Assembly: GCA_045605805.1 (NCBI GenBank) | Contig: JAZUQR010000021.1 | Coordinates: 32,001 to 96,000 of the forward strand | DNA: 64,000 nucleotides | DNA from: Alphaproteobacteria bacterium | Lineage (GTDB): Bacteria; Pseudomonadota; Alphaproteobacteria; CAAHEQ01; UBA3637 | Reading direction: 5' to 3' | Part shown: positions 39,618 through 49,497 of the stretch, piece after piece | Numbering within the stretch: position 1 is the first letter of the stretch | How the letters are laid out: every line of letters starts with the position of its first letter | The notes under the pieces: model-generated | What the model was told of the DNA's origin: nothing | Databases searched by the model: none | Seen by the model: the letters and a program-made list of their open reading frames with translations, nothing else | Position numbers and translations under genes: made by a program

Positions 39618-41270
39618 ATGGCAACACAATCGCAAGTTCTCGCACGCAAGTACCGCCCGCAAGTTTTTGATGATCTTATCGGTCAAGAAGCCCTTGTACG
39701 CACAATTACAAACGCCATAAAGCAAAACCGTCTAGCTCAGGCATATATGCTAACCGGCATTCGTGGCGTTGGCAAAACAACCTCTGCTCGCATCATCGCC
39801 AAAGGCTTGAACTGTGTTGGCAAAGATGGCCAAGGCAATATGACCCCTAACCCCTGTGGTCAATGCAAACATTGCCAAGAAATTGCCGCCGATTCACACA
39901 TTGATGTGATTGAAATTGATGCGGCCAGTAATACCAGTGTGGACAACATACGAGAAATCATTGAAGGGGCAAAATACAACCCTGTGTCTGCCCGTTATAA
40001 AGTTTATATCATTGACGAAGTGCATATGTTATCCAAAGCCGCTTTTAACGCCCTTTTGAAAACATTGGAAGAACCGCCGGAACGGGTAAAGTTTATCTTT
40101 GCTACCACCGAAATCCGCAAAGTTCCCCTTACCATTTTATCCCGTTGTCAGCGTTTTGATTTGAAGCGGGTAGAATTAGAAGAATTGACACAGCACCTGA
40201 AAAAAATCTGCCAAACAGAAAAAAAAGAGTTTTCTGATGAAGCCTTGCGCCTGTTTGCAAAAGCGGGGGATGGTTCGGTGCGTGATACCCTTTCTTTATT
40301 AGACCAAGCTATAACACAATTACCCGATAATCCCTCAATAGAGCAAGTGCGCCAAATGTTGGGTGTGGCCGATTCCGGTGCTTTGTTAAAGCTATATCAA
40401 GCCATTTTACACGCAGATATGCCTTTGGTTTTTGACCTGCTCTCCACCCAATATCAGGCGGGGACAGATGCCTTGACTTTGGTGCAAGATATGATGGATT
40501 TAACCTATAAACTGACATGTCTGAAAGTTGCCCCAAAAACAACTTTATTGGAAGATTTAACACAAGACGAACAGGGCGCCTTAAAAGAAATCGCAAAACA
40601 GGCCAGCATCCACGCTTTAACTGCAAATTGGCAACTGCTGATAAAAGGAATTCAAGAAGTGCGTTTGGCTGACCATCCATTCCAAGCAACACAAATGTTG
40701 ATGATTCGCATGGCTTATATGTCTGATATCGCCACGCCACAACAATTGTTAAATGAAATCAAAACACAAAACACAACATCTGTTGTGGTTCAACCACAAA
40801 TGGCCACCCAGCCACAACCACAAAATACACCTCAGCAAAACCAACAGACTGTACAATCTTCCTTACAACAATTCAAAAACATCAAGGAAATTGCTGCCTT
40901 TGCAAAAACAAAAGGGGAAAGAATGTTGGCCTTTAATTTAGAAACATTTGTGCGCCCGATAAGTATTGAAAACAATACCATCTCTTGTGTCTTGGCTCCC
41001 AATACCCCAGGCAATTTTTCGGCTAATCTGACCAAGTTTTTACGAGATGCGACTGGAACAAATTGGATTTTGAACACACAAAAAACAGGGGGTGGGCCTT
41101 CCATCAAAGAAGAAAAAGAGGCCAACGCCCAACAATTGATTGGCAAAATCAAACAAGATCCAGCCGTGGCCGAAATTGAAAAACTGTTCAAAGGGGCAAA
41201 AATAGAAAAAGTCAAACCCTTAAAAACACAAGATGCTCCCGAAGAAACAGAACCGGAAGAAGATGCATAA
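39618..41270 (+). CDS. dnaX: DNA polymerase III subunit gamma/tau
   Basis: LARKYRP, GIRGVGKT, EIDAAS, DEVHML, SRCQ; true start MATQSQ at 39618. Confidence 0.96.
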   Translation: MATQSQVLARKYRPQVFDDLIGQEALVRTITNAIKQNRLAQAYMLTGIRGVGKTTSARIIAKGLNCVGKDGQGNMTPNPCGQCKHCQEIAADSHIDVIEIDAASNTSVDNIREIIEGAKYNPVSARYKVYIIDEVHMLSKAAFNALLKTLEEPPERVKFIFATTEIRKVPLTILSRCQRFDLKRVELEELTQHLKKICQTEKKEFSDEALRLFAKAGDGSVRDTLSLLDQAITQLPDNPSIEQVRQMLGVADSGALLKLYQAILHADMPLVFDLLSTQYQAGTDALTLVQDMMDLTYKLTCLKVAPKTTLLEDLTQDEQGALKEIAKQASIHALTANWQLLIKGIQEVRLADHPFQATQMLMIRMAYMSDIATPQQLLNEIKTQNTTSVVVQPQMATQPQPQNTPQQNQQTVQSSLQQFKNIKEIAAFAKTKGERMLAFNLETFVRPISIENNTISCVLAPNTPGNFSANLTKFLRDATGTNWILNTQKTGGGPSIKEEKEANAQQLIGKIKQDPAVAEIEKLFKGAKIEKVKPLKTQDAPEETEPEEDA

Positions 41271-41331
41271 AAAGTGCTTGCATTTATAAAAATGAATTGT
41301 TAAAATGAAGCATCTTAACAAAAGGAAAAAA

Positions 41332-43098
41332 ATGTTTCAAAAATTAAAGAAGATGAACTTTGTCATAAACTACAAACGCATTTGGCCATTTGTCAAACCT
41401 TTTTGGTTTCGTTCTCTGTTAAGCATTTTAATCACCATTCCCATCGGCTCATTGGACGCTGTTATTGCCTTGGCCTTAAAGCCTTTTATGGACACCATTG
41501 TCATTGAACAAAATGGGGCAACGCCATGGAATCTGCCTTTGTATGTCATGCCCATTTTAATCGTTGTATTTACCGTTGTCCAGGCCTGTTTGGAATATGG
41601 GGCTGCCTATTTGAATACATGGACGGGTGGAAAAATCACCCAAGAATTACAGCGCAAAATGTATAAAAAATTGCTGACCATGGATCAATCTTTTTTTGAC
41701 CAACATTCTTCCGGAGATTTAGCCCAACGGTTCAGTGCTGACCCAACAACCGCCTGTGCCGGCTTGCTGACAAACATCAAAACATTCACAACACGCATTT
41801 TTTCCTCAATCACCTTGATTGGTGTTTTGTTTTATACATCATGGCAATTGGCCATCATCGCCATTGTTGTATTGGGCAGCTCATTATGGCCATTGGCAAG
41901 CATTCGCAAACGCATTAAAGATATTGTGAAAAAATCTGTCCAAGTTGGTGCGGCAGGTTTTACCGCTTTTAACGAAACGCATGCGGGATCAAAAACAATT
42001 GCCTCATATAACTTACAAGACCATAAACGCAAGCAATATGGCGATATTTTAACAATGGGGTTCAAATTGGCGATTAAAAATACACAACGCACTGCATGGC
42101 TTTCTCCGATGATGCACATCATCATCTCCATCGGCATGGCTGGCACAATCTGGTACGGTTCATACCTGATTACTTCAAAACAAATCTCAGCGGGCGATTT
42201 TGTGGCGTTTATGACCTCTATGTTGATGCTCTATACCCCCATTAAAAACATCGGCAAAAACTTCACACAGGTTCAACAGTCTTTCTTGGCCATAGAACGT
42301 GTCTTTGAGATGTTGGATTATCAAATCCCGATTCATGACAAAAAAGAAGCCAAACAAATGGATAAATTGAAAAAAGAAATCCTGTTCAAAAATGTTTGCT
42401 TTGAATACAAAGCGGATACGCCTGTGTTAAAGAACATCAATTTAACCATTCCCAAAGGGAAAACAATGGCCTTTGTGGGCAACTCTGGTGGCGGGAAAAG
42501 TACAATTGTCAATCTGATACCCCGTTTTTATGATGTAAAGGAAGGAAGCATTATGATAGACGGCACAGATATTCGGGATATCTCTTTGCACACACTGCGT
42601 CAAAATATTGCGGTCGTTTTTCAAGATAACTTTTTGTTCTCTGGAACCATTCGTGAAAACCTTCTGCTTGGCAAATTTGACGCTACAGACGAAGAAATCC
42701 ACCAAGCCTTAAAAGCCGCCTGTTTGGAAGATTTTGTGGCAGAATTAGAAAATGGCCTTGATACCCACATCGGAGAACGAGGCACCCGGCTCTCGGGTGG
42801 GCAAAAACAACGGGTTGCCATCGCACGGGCCTTTTTGAAAAACGCCCCTATCGTTATTTTGGACGAAGCTACCTCGGCCTTGGATAACAAATCAGAAGGT
42901 GTTGTTCAACAAGCCATTGATAACCTGATGAAAGACAGAACGGTTTTGGTGATTGCACATCGCCTCTCCACCATTCAAAATGCCGATAAGATCGTGGTCA
43001 TCAACGAAGGGGAAATCGTAGAAGAAGGTAATCATAAGGCTTTGTTGTCCAAAAATGGCGCCTATGCAACCCTCTATAATGCTCAGTTCAAAAAATAA
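41332..43098 (+). CDS. msbA: MsbA-like ABC exporter (TMD+NBD)
   Basis: Six-TM domain, GNSGGGKS, LSGGQKQR, DEATSALD, IAHRLST. Confidence 0.8.
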   Translation: MFQKLKKMNFVINYKRIWPFVKPFWFRSLLSILITIPIGSLDAVIALALKPFMDTIVIEQNGATPWNLPLYVMPILIVVFTVVQACLEYGAAYLNTWTGGKITQELQRKMYKKLLTMDQSFFDQHSSGDLAQRFSADPTTACAGLLTNIKTFTTRIFSSITLIGVLFYTSWQLAIIAIVVLGSSLWPLASIRKRIKDIVKKSVQVGAAGFTAFNETHAGSKTIASYNLQDHKRKQYGDILTMGFKLAIKNTQRTAWLSPMMHIIISIGMAGTIWYGSYLITSKQISAGDFVAFMTSMLMLYTPIKNIGKNFTQVQQSFLAIERVFEMLDYQIPIHDKKEAKQMDKLKKEILFKNVCFEYKADTPVLKNINLTIPKGKTMAFVGNSGGGKSTIVNLIPRFYDVKEGSIMIDGTDIRDISLHTLRQNIAVVFQDNFLFSGTIRENLLLGKFDATDEEIHQALKAACLEDFVAELENGLDTHIGERGTRLSGGQKQRVAIARAFLKNAPIVILDEATSALDNKSEGVVQQAIDNLMKDRTVLVIAHRLSTIQNADKIVVINEGEIVEEGNHKALLSKNGAYATLYNAQFKK

Positions 43099-43372
43099 AA
43101 AAAAGAGCCTGATTTTAGAATAAAAATTTGATATGGTTTTATTCACTCGTTCATTTGAAAAAGCCTGTGAAGAAATGTACGAAAAATCCTTAGAAAATTA
43201 AACTATCACCAACAAAACAAAACGGACAATACCCTTGGTGTTTCCTTTGTGTCCTTTGTTTCCTACTAAATACACCTTTTAGTTGTATTTTTAGAGGTTT
43301 GTTATTTTTTAGTTGCAATTTGTTCAAAATACAGCTATAAGTATAGGTACAACTCTAACAAAGGATTGAAAA

Positions 43373-43624
43373 ATGTTGATATGCAAAAATGTAATTGTGA
43401 ACGGCAGACGCACCAGCATGCGATTAGACAAAGAAACTTGGCTATCCTTGTCCGAAATCTGCAAAACAGAAAATACCAACCTACACGCTCTGTGTTCAAA
43501 AATTGAAAAAAACAAAGGCGAATGTGGCCTGTCCGGTGCGGTCAGAAGTTTTGTCCTCACCTATCTGCGCACCCAACTGGCACAATATCGCCAACAACTG
43601 GAAAACTTAAACAGAGATATTTAA
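43373..43624 (+). CDS. Ribbon-helix-helix (RHH_4-like) protein
   Basis: KNV.VNGRRTSMRL...W..L.EI...LSGAVR. Confidence 0.85.
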   Translation: MLICKNVIVNGRRTSMRLDKETWLSLSEICKTENTNLHALCSKIEKNKGECGLSGAVRSFVLTYLRTQLAQYRQQLENLNRDI

Positions 43625-43660
43625 GCGATAAACTTTTTATCGGAAAAACAATTTACCCTG

Positions 43661-43689
43661 TTGACAAGGGCTATAAAAAAGTGTATACT
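43661..43689 (+). promoter_or_regulatory. Sigma70 promoter of tRNA-Thr
   Basis: TTGACA-N17-TATACT. Confidence 0.8.
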
Positions 43690-43761
43690 TAGATAGCTTA
43701 TGGTAAACAAGTACAATACAAGAAATAGGCCTTATTTTTTGTCACATACCATAAAACAGTT

Positions 43762-43836
43762 GCCGCAGTAGCGTAGTGGTAGCGCACGTCCTTGGTAAGG
43801 ACGGGGTCGTGAGTCCGATTCTCACCTGCGGCACCA
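43762..43836 (+). tRNA. tRNA-Thr(GGT), probable integration site
   Basis: Acceptor GCCGCAG/CTGCGGC-A-CCA, anticodon arm CGTCC-TTGGTAA-GGACG, T arm GTGAG-TCCGATT-CTCAC. Confidence 0.95.
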
Positions 43837-43845
43837 TTTTTGAAT

Positions 43846-43871
43846 AAACCCTTGTTTATCAAGGGTTTTTT
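43846..43871 (+). terminator. Terminator after tRNA
   Basis: AAACCCTTG-TTTAT-CAAGGGTTT followed by T-run. Confidence 0.75.
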
Positions 43872-43896
43872 CATGCCTTGGAGGGCTTATTTTTGG

Positions 43897-43931
43897 TGTA
43901 ACACAGGGGTGTAACACAAAGCTGTAACACA
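43897..43931. repeat. Three TGTAACACA direct repeats with 13-bp period (candidate integrase arm sites)
   Basis: Exact copies at 43897, 43910, 43923. Confidence 0.75.
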
Positions 43932-44145
43932 AAGACACAAAATACCCCCTTCAAAACGCCCATATTTTCAAACATAATTTGCGTTAAAAATATCTCATTC
44001 ATCAGGGGTACTCATCTATGACTTTTTGACGGCTACTTTTTGATGACTTTTAGCATATCATACCGTATGAATTTTTTGCCATTTTAACAGAATATAACAT
44101 CTCTGTGACACCAACACATGGATCCCAGTCAAGACATCTGCCCTT

Positions 44146-45927
44146 TTAGTTTTTCGCATTCAATTGACGCATGACAAACGAATCCATGAATGACTTCTTT
44201 AATTCTGACAGCTCTCGATTGATAGGATAGTTAATTTTGCTTATTTCTTCCAGCATAACTCTCATGTCTTTCTTATGAGCATAAATTCTTTGTCCTATAC
44301 CGTGATTAGTCCATCCACAAATAGCATTTTGGTATTCCGCAGGTATCCGTTTTTCAACTGCCTTTGTTTCAAATGTATGCCGAAATGAGTGAAACACCTT
44401 GCTTTTACTTTTTATGCCTAGAGCGTCCAAATGTCTTGCGAACCATCCTTGAACTGCCCTTCCGTAGAGCCCTCTTTTCTGACGGTATAAATTACTGAAG
44501 AGTTTGCGCTCCTTTTCTTGTCTTTGAAATTCAACATAATGTAAGAAACCCATATCTATTAGTTTTGGATGGATAGGTATTACTCTGATGGATCCCTTGT
44601 TTTTAACTGACTTATCTTCACCTCTGTCATTGATACTAATACAAGGTATCCCTTTCTCTTTGACAATATCTGTCAGATCTAACTGACAGATTTCATTTTG
44701 TCTACAACCTTGATAAAGGGCTAACAATGGTATCCAAAATCTTCCCATGTTTAACCTCTCTTTAGGGTTAGGATAAAATTGAGGATTAAATATTTTATGA
44801 AGTTCTACATCCGTAAATGGCTCCCGAACAAGTACATCCGTTCGAAGAGGAATATCAATAAACTCATTCAAACTATTTTGAATAATTTCTTCTTTCACAG
44901 CAAATCGCATGAATTCCTTAAATACCTGTAAATATCTTTGAATTGTTCCTTTTGCCAATGCCTGTGAAGAAGAATTAGTCATAATATCTTGAATACTCGT
45001 ACAATCTTTTTCCAAAATCTGACACCACTTTTTTGAAACAGAATGTATTTGTGTACTTAATTTTCGACAATCTTGGATTGTTACATCTTCCACACATTCT
45101 TTGCCAATAATCATAAAAGCAAGCTTAACTGATAATTTATTCATGTGTAATCGACTAGGGGTCGTCCCGTTTAAATTCTGCTTCATCTTCGCATATCGTT
45201 TGAAAAACTTTTCCCAATGGGTTGCTGCCATAGAGTGATGAATACGCTCATCTGTCTTCATCTTATCATAAGTACGCAACAAGGTGATAATCTTTGGATC
45301 AGTTGGAGCGTAATGTTTATCCTCTTTTATTGCCTCTACTGATTTCTTCGCATAATGGTCCAAATGGTTAATGTGGGTTGAGAACGCCTTTAACCAATCA
45401 TATTTGTCATCTGGTTCCACCAATCCTAGTTCAATCTCCTTCTCTTTTAACTGATGATACACAGTCCTTAAAGTGATATTTGCCTTATTTTTATCTAATA
45501 ATTCCTTGAGATAATCTAGAATCATCGAGGTCATTAACTTACGAATATCCGCCTCCTTTTTCCCATTTGGAAACAGAATAATATCGGCTGCTGTTTTATG
45601 CCGAGCCTTGATTTCCTCGCCATTGTTTTCCAAAAATGCTTGGATTTGTTCCAATCTGTGAAGCAAGAGTTTATCTACATCTGCTTCATTTAGTTCTAAT
45701 TGTTTGTTCTCATTTACTCTCATAATAATCTCTTTCAATATTGTTAAAAATGCTTGTAAATGAGCAAACTCCACACGATACTTTTCAATGGCTTCCTGAT
45801 ATATGGATGTTCCTAATGTATAGGTAAGTTCATCACATCGTGCGATTGTCCTTAACTCCGCAGGTATTCTAACCCGCAGGTAAAATAATCGCCCTCTCGC
45901 AAATAGTCCCGAATAGTGATATGACAT
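44146..45927 (-). CDS. Tyrosine integrase with N-terminal DUF6538-like domain
   Basis: YLRVRIP.EL...LGT N-terminus; catalytic GCRQNE, KN..S.R.IPIH, HSFRH, GW, RIY. Confidence 0.93.
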   Translation of the reverse strand: MSYHYSGLFARGRLFYLRVRIPAELRTIARCDELTYTLGTSIYQEAIEKYRVEFAHLQAFLTILKEIIMRVNENKQLELNEADVDKLLLHRLEQIQAFLENNGEEIKARHKTAADIILFPNGKKEADIRKLMTSMILDYLKELLDKNKANITLRTVYHQLKEKEIELGLVEPDDKYDWLKAFSTHINHLDHYAKKSVEAIKEDKHYAPTDPKIITLLRTYDKMKTDERIHHSMAATHWEKFFKRYAKMKQNLNGTTPSRLHMNKLSVKLAFMIIGKECVEDVTIQDCRKLSTQIHSVSKKWCQILEKDCTSIQDIMTNSSSQALAKGTIQRYLQVFKEFMRFAVKEEIIQNSLNEFIDIPLRTDVLVREPFTDVELHKIFNPQFYPNPKERLNMGRFWIPLLALYQGCRQNEICQLDLTDIVKEKGIPCISINDRGEDKSVKNKGSIRVIPIHPKLIDMGFLHYVEFQRQEKERKLFSNLYRQKRGLYGRAVQGWFARHLDALGIKSKSKVFHSFRHTFETKAVEKRIPAEYQNAICGWTNHGIGQRIYAHKKDMRVMLEEISKINYPINRELSELKKSFMDSFVMRQLNAKN

Positions 45928-46006
45928 TCTTCCTCCATTTGGAGATCGAATTCAACCACATCATTATGACCATGTCAAGAGCGTTTTGGGAGTTTGCTCT
46001 GTTGTT

Positions 46007-46636
46007 TTACCCCATTAAAATATCCAGATACCGCTCAAACAGTTCATTATGCAGTTGATAGGAGTCTAATCTCGTTCCTTGACCATTGTGGAAAACATCT
46101 GAAAAATCAACTCCATTCCCCGATTCTTCTGCCTTAAGCATAAATGTTAGCGAAGGATATTGTTTGGATAGTTTTATCATAGCCCTAATAGGTGGTTCCC
46201 ATGGTGTAATAAAGAGTATACGACATGCCTTTTTCCTGTGATATGTTATCCATTCTAGTGTGGAATCATATGCATTGCCTGTGGCACCCCAATGTGCCAA
46301 ATGCCAATCATACCAAGAATAACGACCATAATGTTCTTTACAGTGTAATGCTTTTTGTGCATTTTCTCTGTTGCTTTTGCCATCAAAGCGTACAGAATTC
46401 AATTGTTCTTTTTCTTCGGCAGATAATTCCTCACCTGACAATTCTTTTTTTAGAATCTTTATATCATCCTTCAGAGATCCCGATACTATAACTTCGCTCA
46501 ATTCTTTGGGCATAGGATCAATATTATTAAAATCAATAAATGCGCCTTCATCATCATTTTTGATCTGATCCAAACACTTTTTGATTGTTTCTTCATCTCC
46601 ACGGATAGTTAAAGTATTTAAACAACAATTTGCCAT
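46007..46636 (-). CDS. DUF1281/YubB-like ferredoxin-fold protein
   Basis: MAN.C.N.L.I.G, IDFN.I.PMP, WYDW...WG, F.TPWEPP, YP.L.F...E.G. Confidence 0.75.
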   Translation of the reverse strand: MANCCLNTLTIRGDEETIKKCLDQIKNDDEGAFIDFNNIDPMPKELSEVIVSGSLKDDIKILKKELSGEELSAEEKEQLNSVRFDGKSNRENAQKALHCKEHYGRYSWYDWHLAHWGATGNAYDSTLEWITYHRKKACRILFITPWEPPIRAMIKLSKQYPSLTFMLKAEESGNGVDFSDVFHNGQGTRLDSYQLHNELFERYLDILMG

Positions 46637-46637
46637 A

Positions 46638-47213
46638 TTATTCTCCTTTCTTTCCTAATGTGTTTAGTATGAGTTCTTTAAGTTCAGGGATTGCCTGTCT
46701 CTCATTTATAAGTTTGATCAGCCAAGTGTCTTTGTTACCCTTATAATCAAATGTTTTTAATGCCCAATCAACCACATCTTTTCTGGGATTAATCAATAAG
46801 GACCAAGGTGATGCGTAAGCACAATCGCCTATATATGCCTTAAAAAGTTCATTAGGATTATGTTCATCCTGATTTACCCATTTCTTAATGTTGTTAAGAT
46901 CACAGGTCGCAAACCAAAGTGATTGTTCTCTGTTTAAAGATTCTCCAAGAACAAATCCAAATTCATCGATAATTGCAAGTTCATCCCGAGTAAGCCAAAA
47001 TAGATACGCAGCATCAGATACTGGCATCCATTTTTCTATCGCTTTTAAATTTTCATCATAAGAGATAAAAATGATTTTAGCCCAACAAGTATCTTCCTCT
47101 TCTATTTCAATACGGCCAATATCATTCCAGTATTCGATAAAGGCGGTTCGTCCTTGTTCTCTTGCCAGTTGACAGGTTTTATTAACAATGTCCTCAAATT
47201 CTTCTTGAGTCAT
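46638..47213 (-). CDS. Hypothetical protein (C-terminus shared with neighbour)
   Basis: ORF coupled to neighbours; LINPR..VV.WAL..PELKELILN.L..KGE. Confidence 0.75.
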   Translation of the reverse strand: MTQEEFEDIVNKTCQLAREQGRTAFIEYWNDIGRIEIEEEDTCWAKIIFISYDENLKAIEKWMPVSDAAYLFWLTRDELAIIDEFGFVLGESLNREQSLWFATCDLNNIKKWVNQDEHNPNELFKAYIGDCAYASPWSLLINPRKDVVDWALKTFDYKGNKDTWLIKLINERQAIPELKELILNTLGKKGE

Positions 47214-47214
47214 C

Positions 47215-47748
47215 TTATTCTCCTTTGTTATTTAAACTGTTTAAAATTAATTCTTTCAGTTCAGGATTTGCCTGATATTCTGTAGCAATTGAAATGTCTT
47301 CTTCCCCGATTCCAAGTTCATTTTTATGCTGAAGTGCCCATTTCACAACCTCACTACGAGGGTTAATAAGGAAACACATAGCTACTCCTTCATTGGCAAC
47401 AATCTGATATTGTTCCTTGATATCCGCTAAAATTGCCTTTAGATCTGATATGATACAAAAGAGAGATTGCTTATAGTGAAAGAAATCTTTAAGATCAATC
47501 GTAAGTAAACCATTTTTCTCGTATAACCAGTAGTCAGCGTTATACATCCCAAGATAGAACTCTTTCTCGGGAATAGTCTCATCAAAGAATAAAATTTTAC
47601 CTAATGCCAAGAAGCATCCAACCCCAGCCGACATATCTACATCAGCAACTTCACAAAGGTCATCGTATGCTTTTTGAAGTTCACGATTACCCCAATGTTT
47701 TGTTTGGATGAGATGGATAAAGTTTTCTGCTAATTCTAAATCAGTCAT
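47215..47748 (-). CDS. Hypothetical protein (C-terminus shared with neighbour)
   Basis: RBS AGGAGG; same C-terminal motif. Confidence 0.75.
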   Translation of the reverse strand: MTDLELAENFIHLIQTKHWGNRELQKAYDDLCEVADVDMSAGVGCFLALGKILFFDETIPEKEFYLGMYNADYWLYEKNGLLTIDLKDFFHYKQSLFCIISDLKAILADIKEQYQIVANEGVAMCFLINPRSEVVKWALQHKNELGIGEEDISIATEYQANPELKELILNSLNNKGE

Positions 47749-47758
47749 TGTATCCTCC

Positions 47759-47926
47759 TTATGCTGGCATATAGCCCTTGGTGTTAATTGTTGTCAGAAC
47801 ATGCTCAATAAAGCGTTGCTCATCGGTATCCATCAGTTGATATGCATAGTAACAATCCTTTGACTGTCCACATTTTTGGAACAAATGGATCATTTTCTTT
47901 TTTTGTTGATTTTCAATATTAGTCAT
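47759..47926 (-). CDS. Small hypothetical protein, 55 aa (below the ORF-track cutoff)
   Basis: Hand-translated MTNIENQQKKKMIHLFQKCGQSKDCYYAYQLMDTDEQRFIEHVLTTINTKGYMPA; RBS AAAGGA; its stop overlaps the next gene's RBS. Confidence 0.65.
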   Translation of the reverse strand: MTNIENQQKKKMIHLFQKCGQSKDCYYAYQLMDTDEQRFIEHVLTTINTKGYMPA

Positions 47927-47951
47927 AGTATAATTCCTTTCGTTAGGTTAT

Positions 47952-47984
47952 GAGAGCAGGAGAAGTTCCAGTTCTCCCACTCTC
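47952..47984 (-). other. Intergenic hairpin (stabiliser or weak terminator)
   Basis: GAGAG.AGGAGAA / TTCTCCC.CTCTC inverted repeat; no clear T-run. Confidence 0.5.
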
Positions 47985-47994
47985 GGTTAAATAA

Positions 47995-48495
47995 TCAGAC
48001 ATTCTGAGGTAGATGCTTAATTGCTTCTGCCTCTTGTTTTTCCAGTGCTTCACGCTCTGCTTTTCTTTCTGCTTTGCGCTTTTCCCTTTGGAGTTTCTTG
48101 CGGTTTTCTGCTAAAGCAACTTGCTGTTCACAAAAGTCTTGAATTTGTTTGTCCAAGAGACCTTTGGAAACACCCTCGTAGAATTTGGTAAGAAACTCCA
48201 CTTTTTGTGGTACTGATAAGGTTGGACAATTGCACCTATAAACTCTTTTACCACCCAAACGGACTGTGCAAATGGATTTGTTCTTCTTCTCGTCCAAATC
48301 CACCAACATCTTCATCATGCGGTTATCAATATTCCACGTGTTGTTTTTAAAGTGTTGGATGTTTAACTTAATCATACTCAGGATTCTGTCCTTACAATTT
48401 TTGAATGAAAGCAAACCTTCATCCTTCAAAGTTGTCATTGGGACAATCCCGAAAGAACCCATAAAGGATTCCATAGTTTGTGTATTTTCTAACAT
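47995..48495 (-). CDS. Hypothetical protein with basic coiled-coil tail
   Basis: Start MLENTQ preceded by AAAGGA. Confidence 0.7.
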   Translation of the reverse strand: MLENTQTMESFMGSFGIVPMTTLKDEGLLSFKNCKDRILSMIKLNIQHFKNNTWNIDNRMMKMLVDLDEKKNKSICTVRLGGKRVYRCNCPTLSVPQKVEFLTKFYEGVSKGLLDKQIQDFCEQQVALAENRKKLQREKRKAERKAEREALEKQEAEAIKHLPQNV

Positions 48496-48615
48496 TTTAT
48501 TATCCTTTCTGTTAATTGTTAGACCGCCTCTTTTTGAGGCAGGCACAATTCTATGGATTTGAAAAATGAAGTCAATATACCCAAAATTCACAAAAGGTCC
48601 AAAATGGCAATTTTG

Positions 48616-48644
48616 GATGGATATTGATGGATATGGATGGATAT
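48616..48644. repeat. GATGGATAT x3 with 10-bp period
   Basis: Copies at 48616, 48626, 48636 in a divergent intergenic region. Confidence 0.75.
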
Positions 48645-48772
48645 TCATTCCTTTTTTATTTTGCAGAAGTGATCATTTTTCCCTAAATTTTGTTCAAAGT
48701 TACAAAAATCTGATTCAAAAATGATGCGAATCGGACTTGACATCCTTGAAAATGGCCTATAAACTCAATTCC

Positions 48773-49222
48773 ATGAAGAGATTGTTATTGTTGATATTGC
48801 TTGTATTTGCTTGTTCTACAAGGGCTGAGGATGAATCCGAACTAACCTCTGCTCAAAGGACAGAACAAATTATCCAACAATGTAAAAGTTCCCGCTGGAA
48901 GGAATATGAGGAATCTAGGGATTTCCACAAAGATTACCTATTGGCCGACATTACCAAGGAAGAAATAGAATGTAAGGAAAAGGCATTCTTGAAACTTTTA
49001 CCTGAAATTCTTCCGGAGAAAAGTGACCAAGAAGAAGTTGCCCAGTTATACCAAGATTATAAAGCAAACTTCCTGAAACTTCATGCCACTATTGCTAGAC
49101 GGAATGTAATGTGTGGCGGAGAAGATTTGGGATGTGGCACTATGCGTAAGATTGCCGATACCATGGCATATGATAATGCCATCAACGACTTAATTACTTA
49201 TACATTTGAAAGTGTTCGTTAA
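48773..49222 (+). CDS. Hypothetical secreted helical protein with four Cys in the mature part
   Basis: Signal peptide MKRLLLLILLVFACSTRA; promoter TTGACA-N17-TAAACT ends 7 nt before the ATG. Confidence 0.7.
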   Translation: MKRLLLLILLVFACSTRAEDESELTSAQRTEQIIQQCKSSRWKEYEESRDFHKDYLLADITKEEIECKEKAFLKLLPEILPEKSDQEEVAQLYQDYKANFLKLHATIARRNVMCGGEDLGCGTMRKIADTMAYDNAINDLITYTFESVR

Positions 49223-49296
49223 TCTTTTTTGAAATCATTTTTCTGAAAGATTACATTTTTTAATCATTCTTTGATAAATATCTTTGTAAGAAAAGG

Positions 49297-49497
49297 ATGA
49301 TTAAAATGATCAATAAAATTATACACGGAATATGGTTGTGTGTGACACAACTCCCTGATAATAAACTTCGAGAACCGATCAGACAACTAATTCAAATCTA
49401 TAACGATGATTATCTTGCCAAGCAGCGCTTCCTAGATAAGTTAGATAAACTTTTAACCGAAATTGACGAGGAGAGAAATAATGTCCAAGAAAAATAA
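49297..49497 (+). CDS. Small hypothetical protein
   Basis: ORF with purine-rich RBS; overlaps the next gene. Confidence 0.5.
   Translation: MIKMINKIIHGIWLCVTQLPDNKLREPIRQLIQIYNDDYLAKQRFLDKLDKLLTEIDEERNNVQEK

Noticed and set aside
40219-40227. dnaX programmed frameshift at A8G
   Set aside because: Lies near codon 200, inside the clamp-loader core, too early to yield a functional gamma subunit
43100-43370. ncRNA or 22-codon ORF in the long intergenic region
   Set aside because: Pyrimidine-rich short repeats and weak hairpins only; no recognisable family motif or RBS
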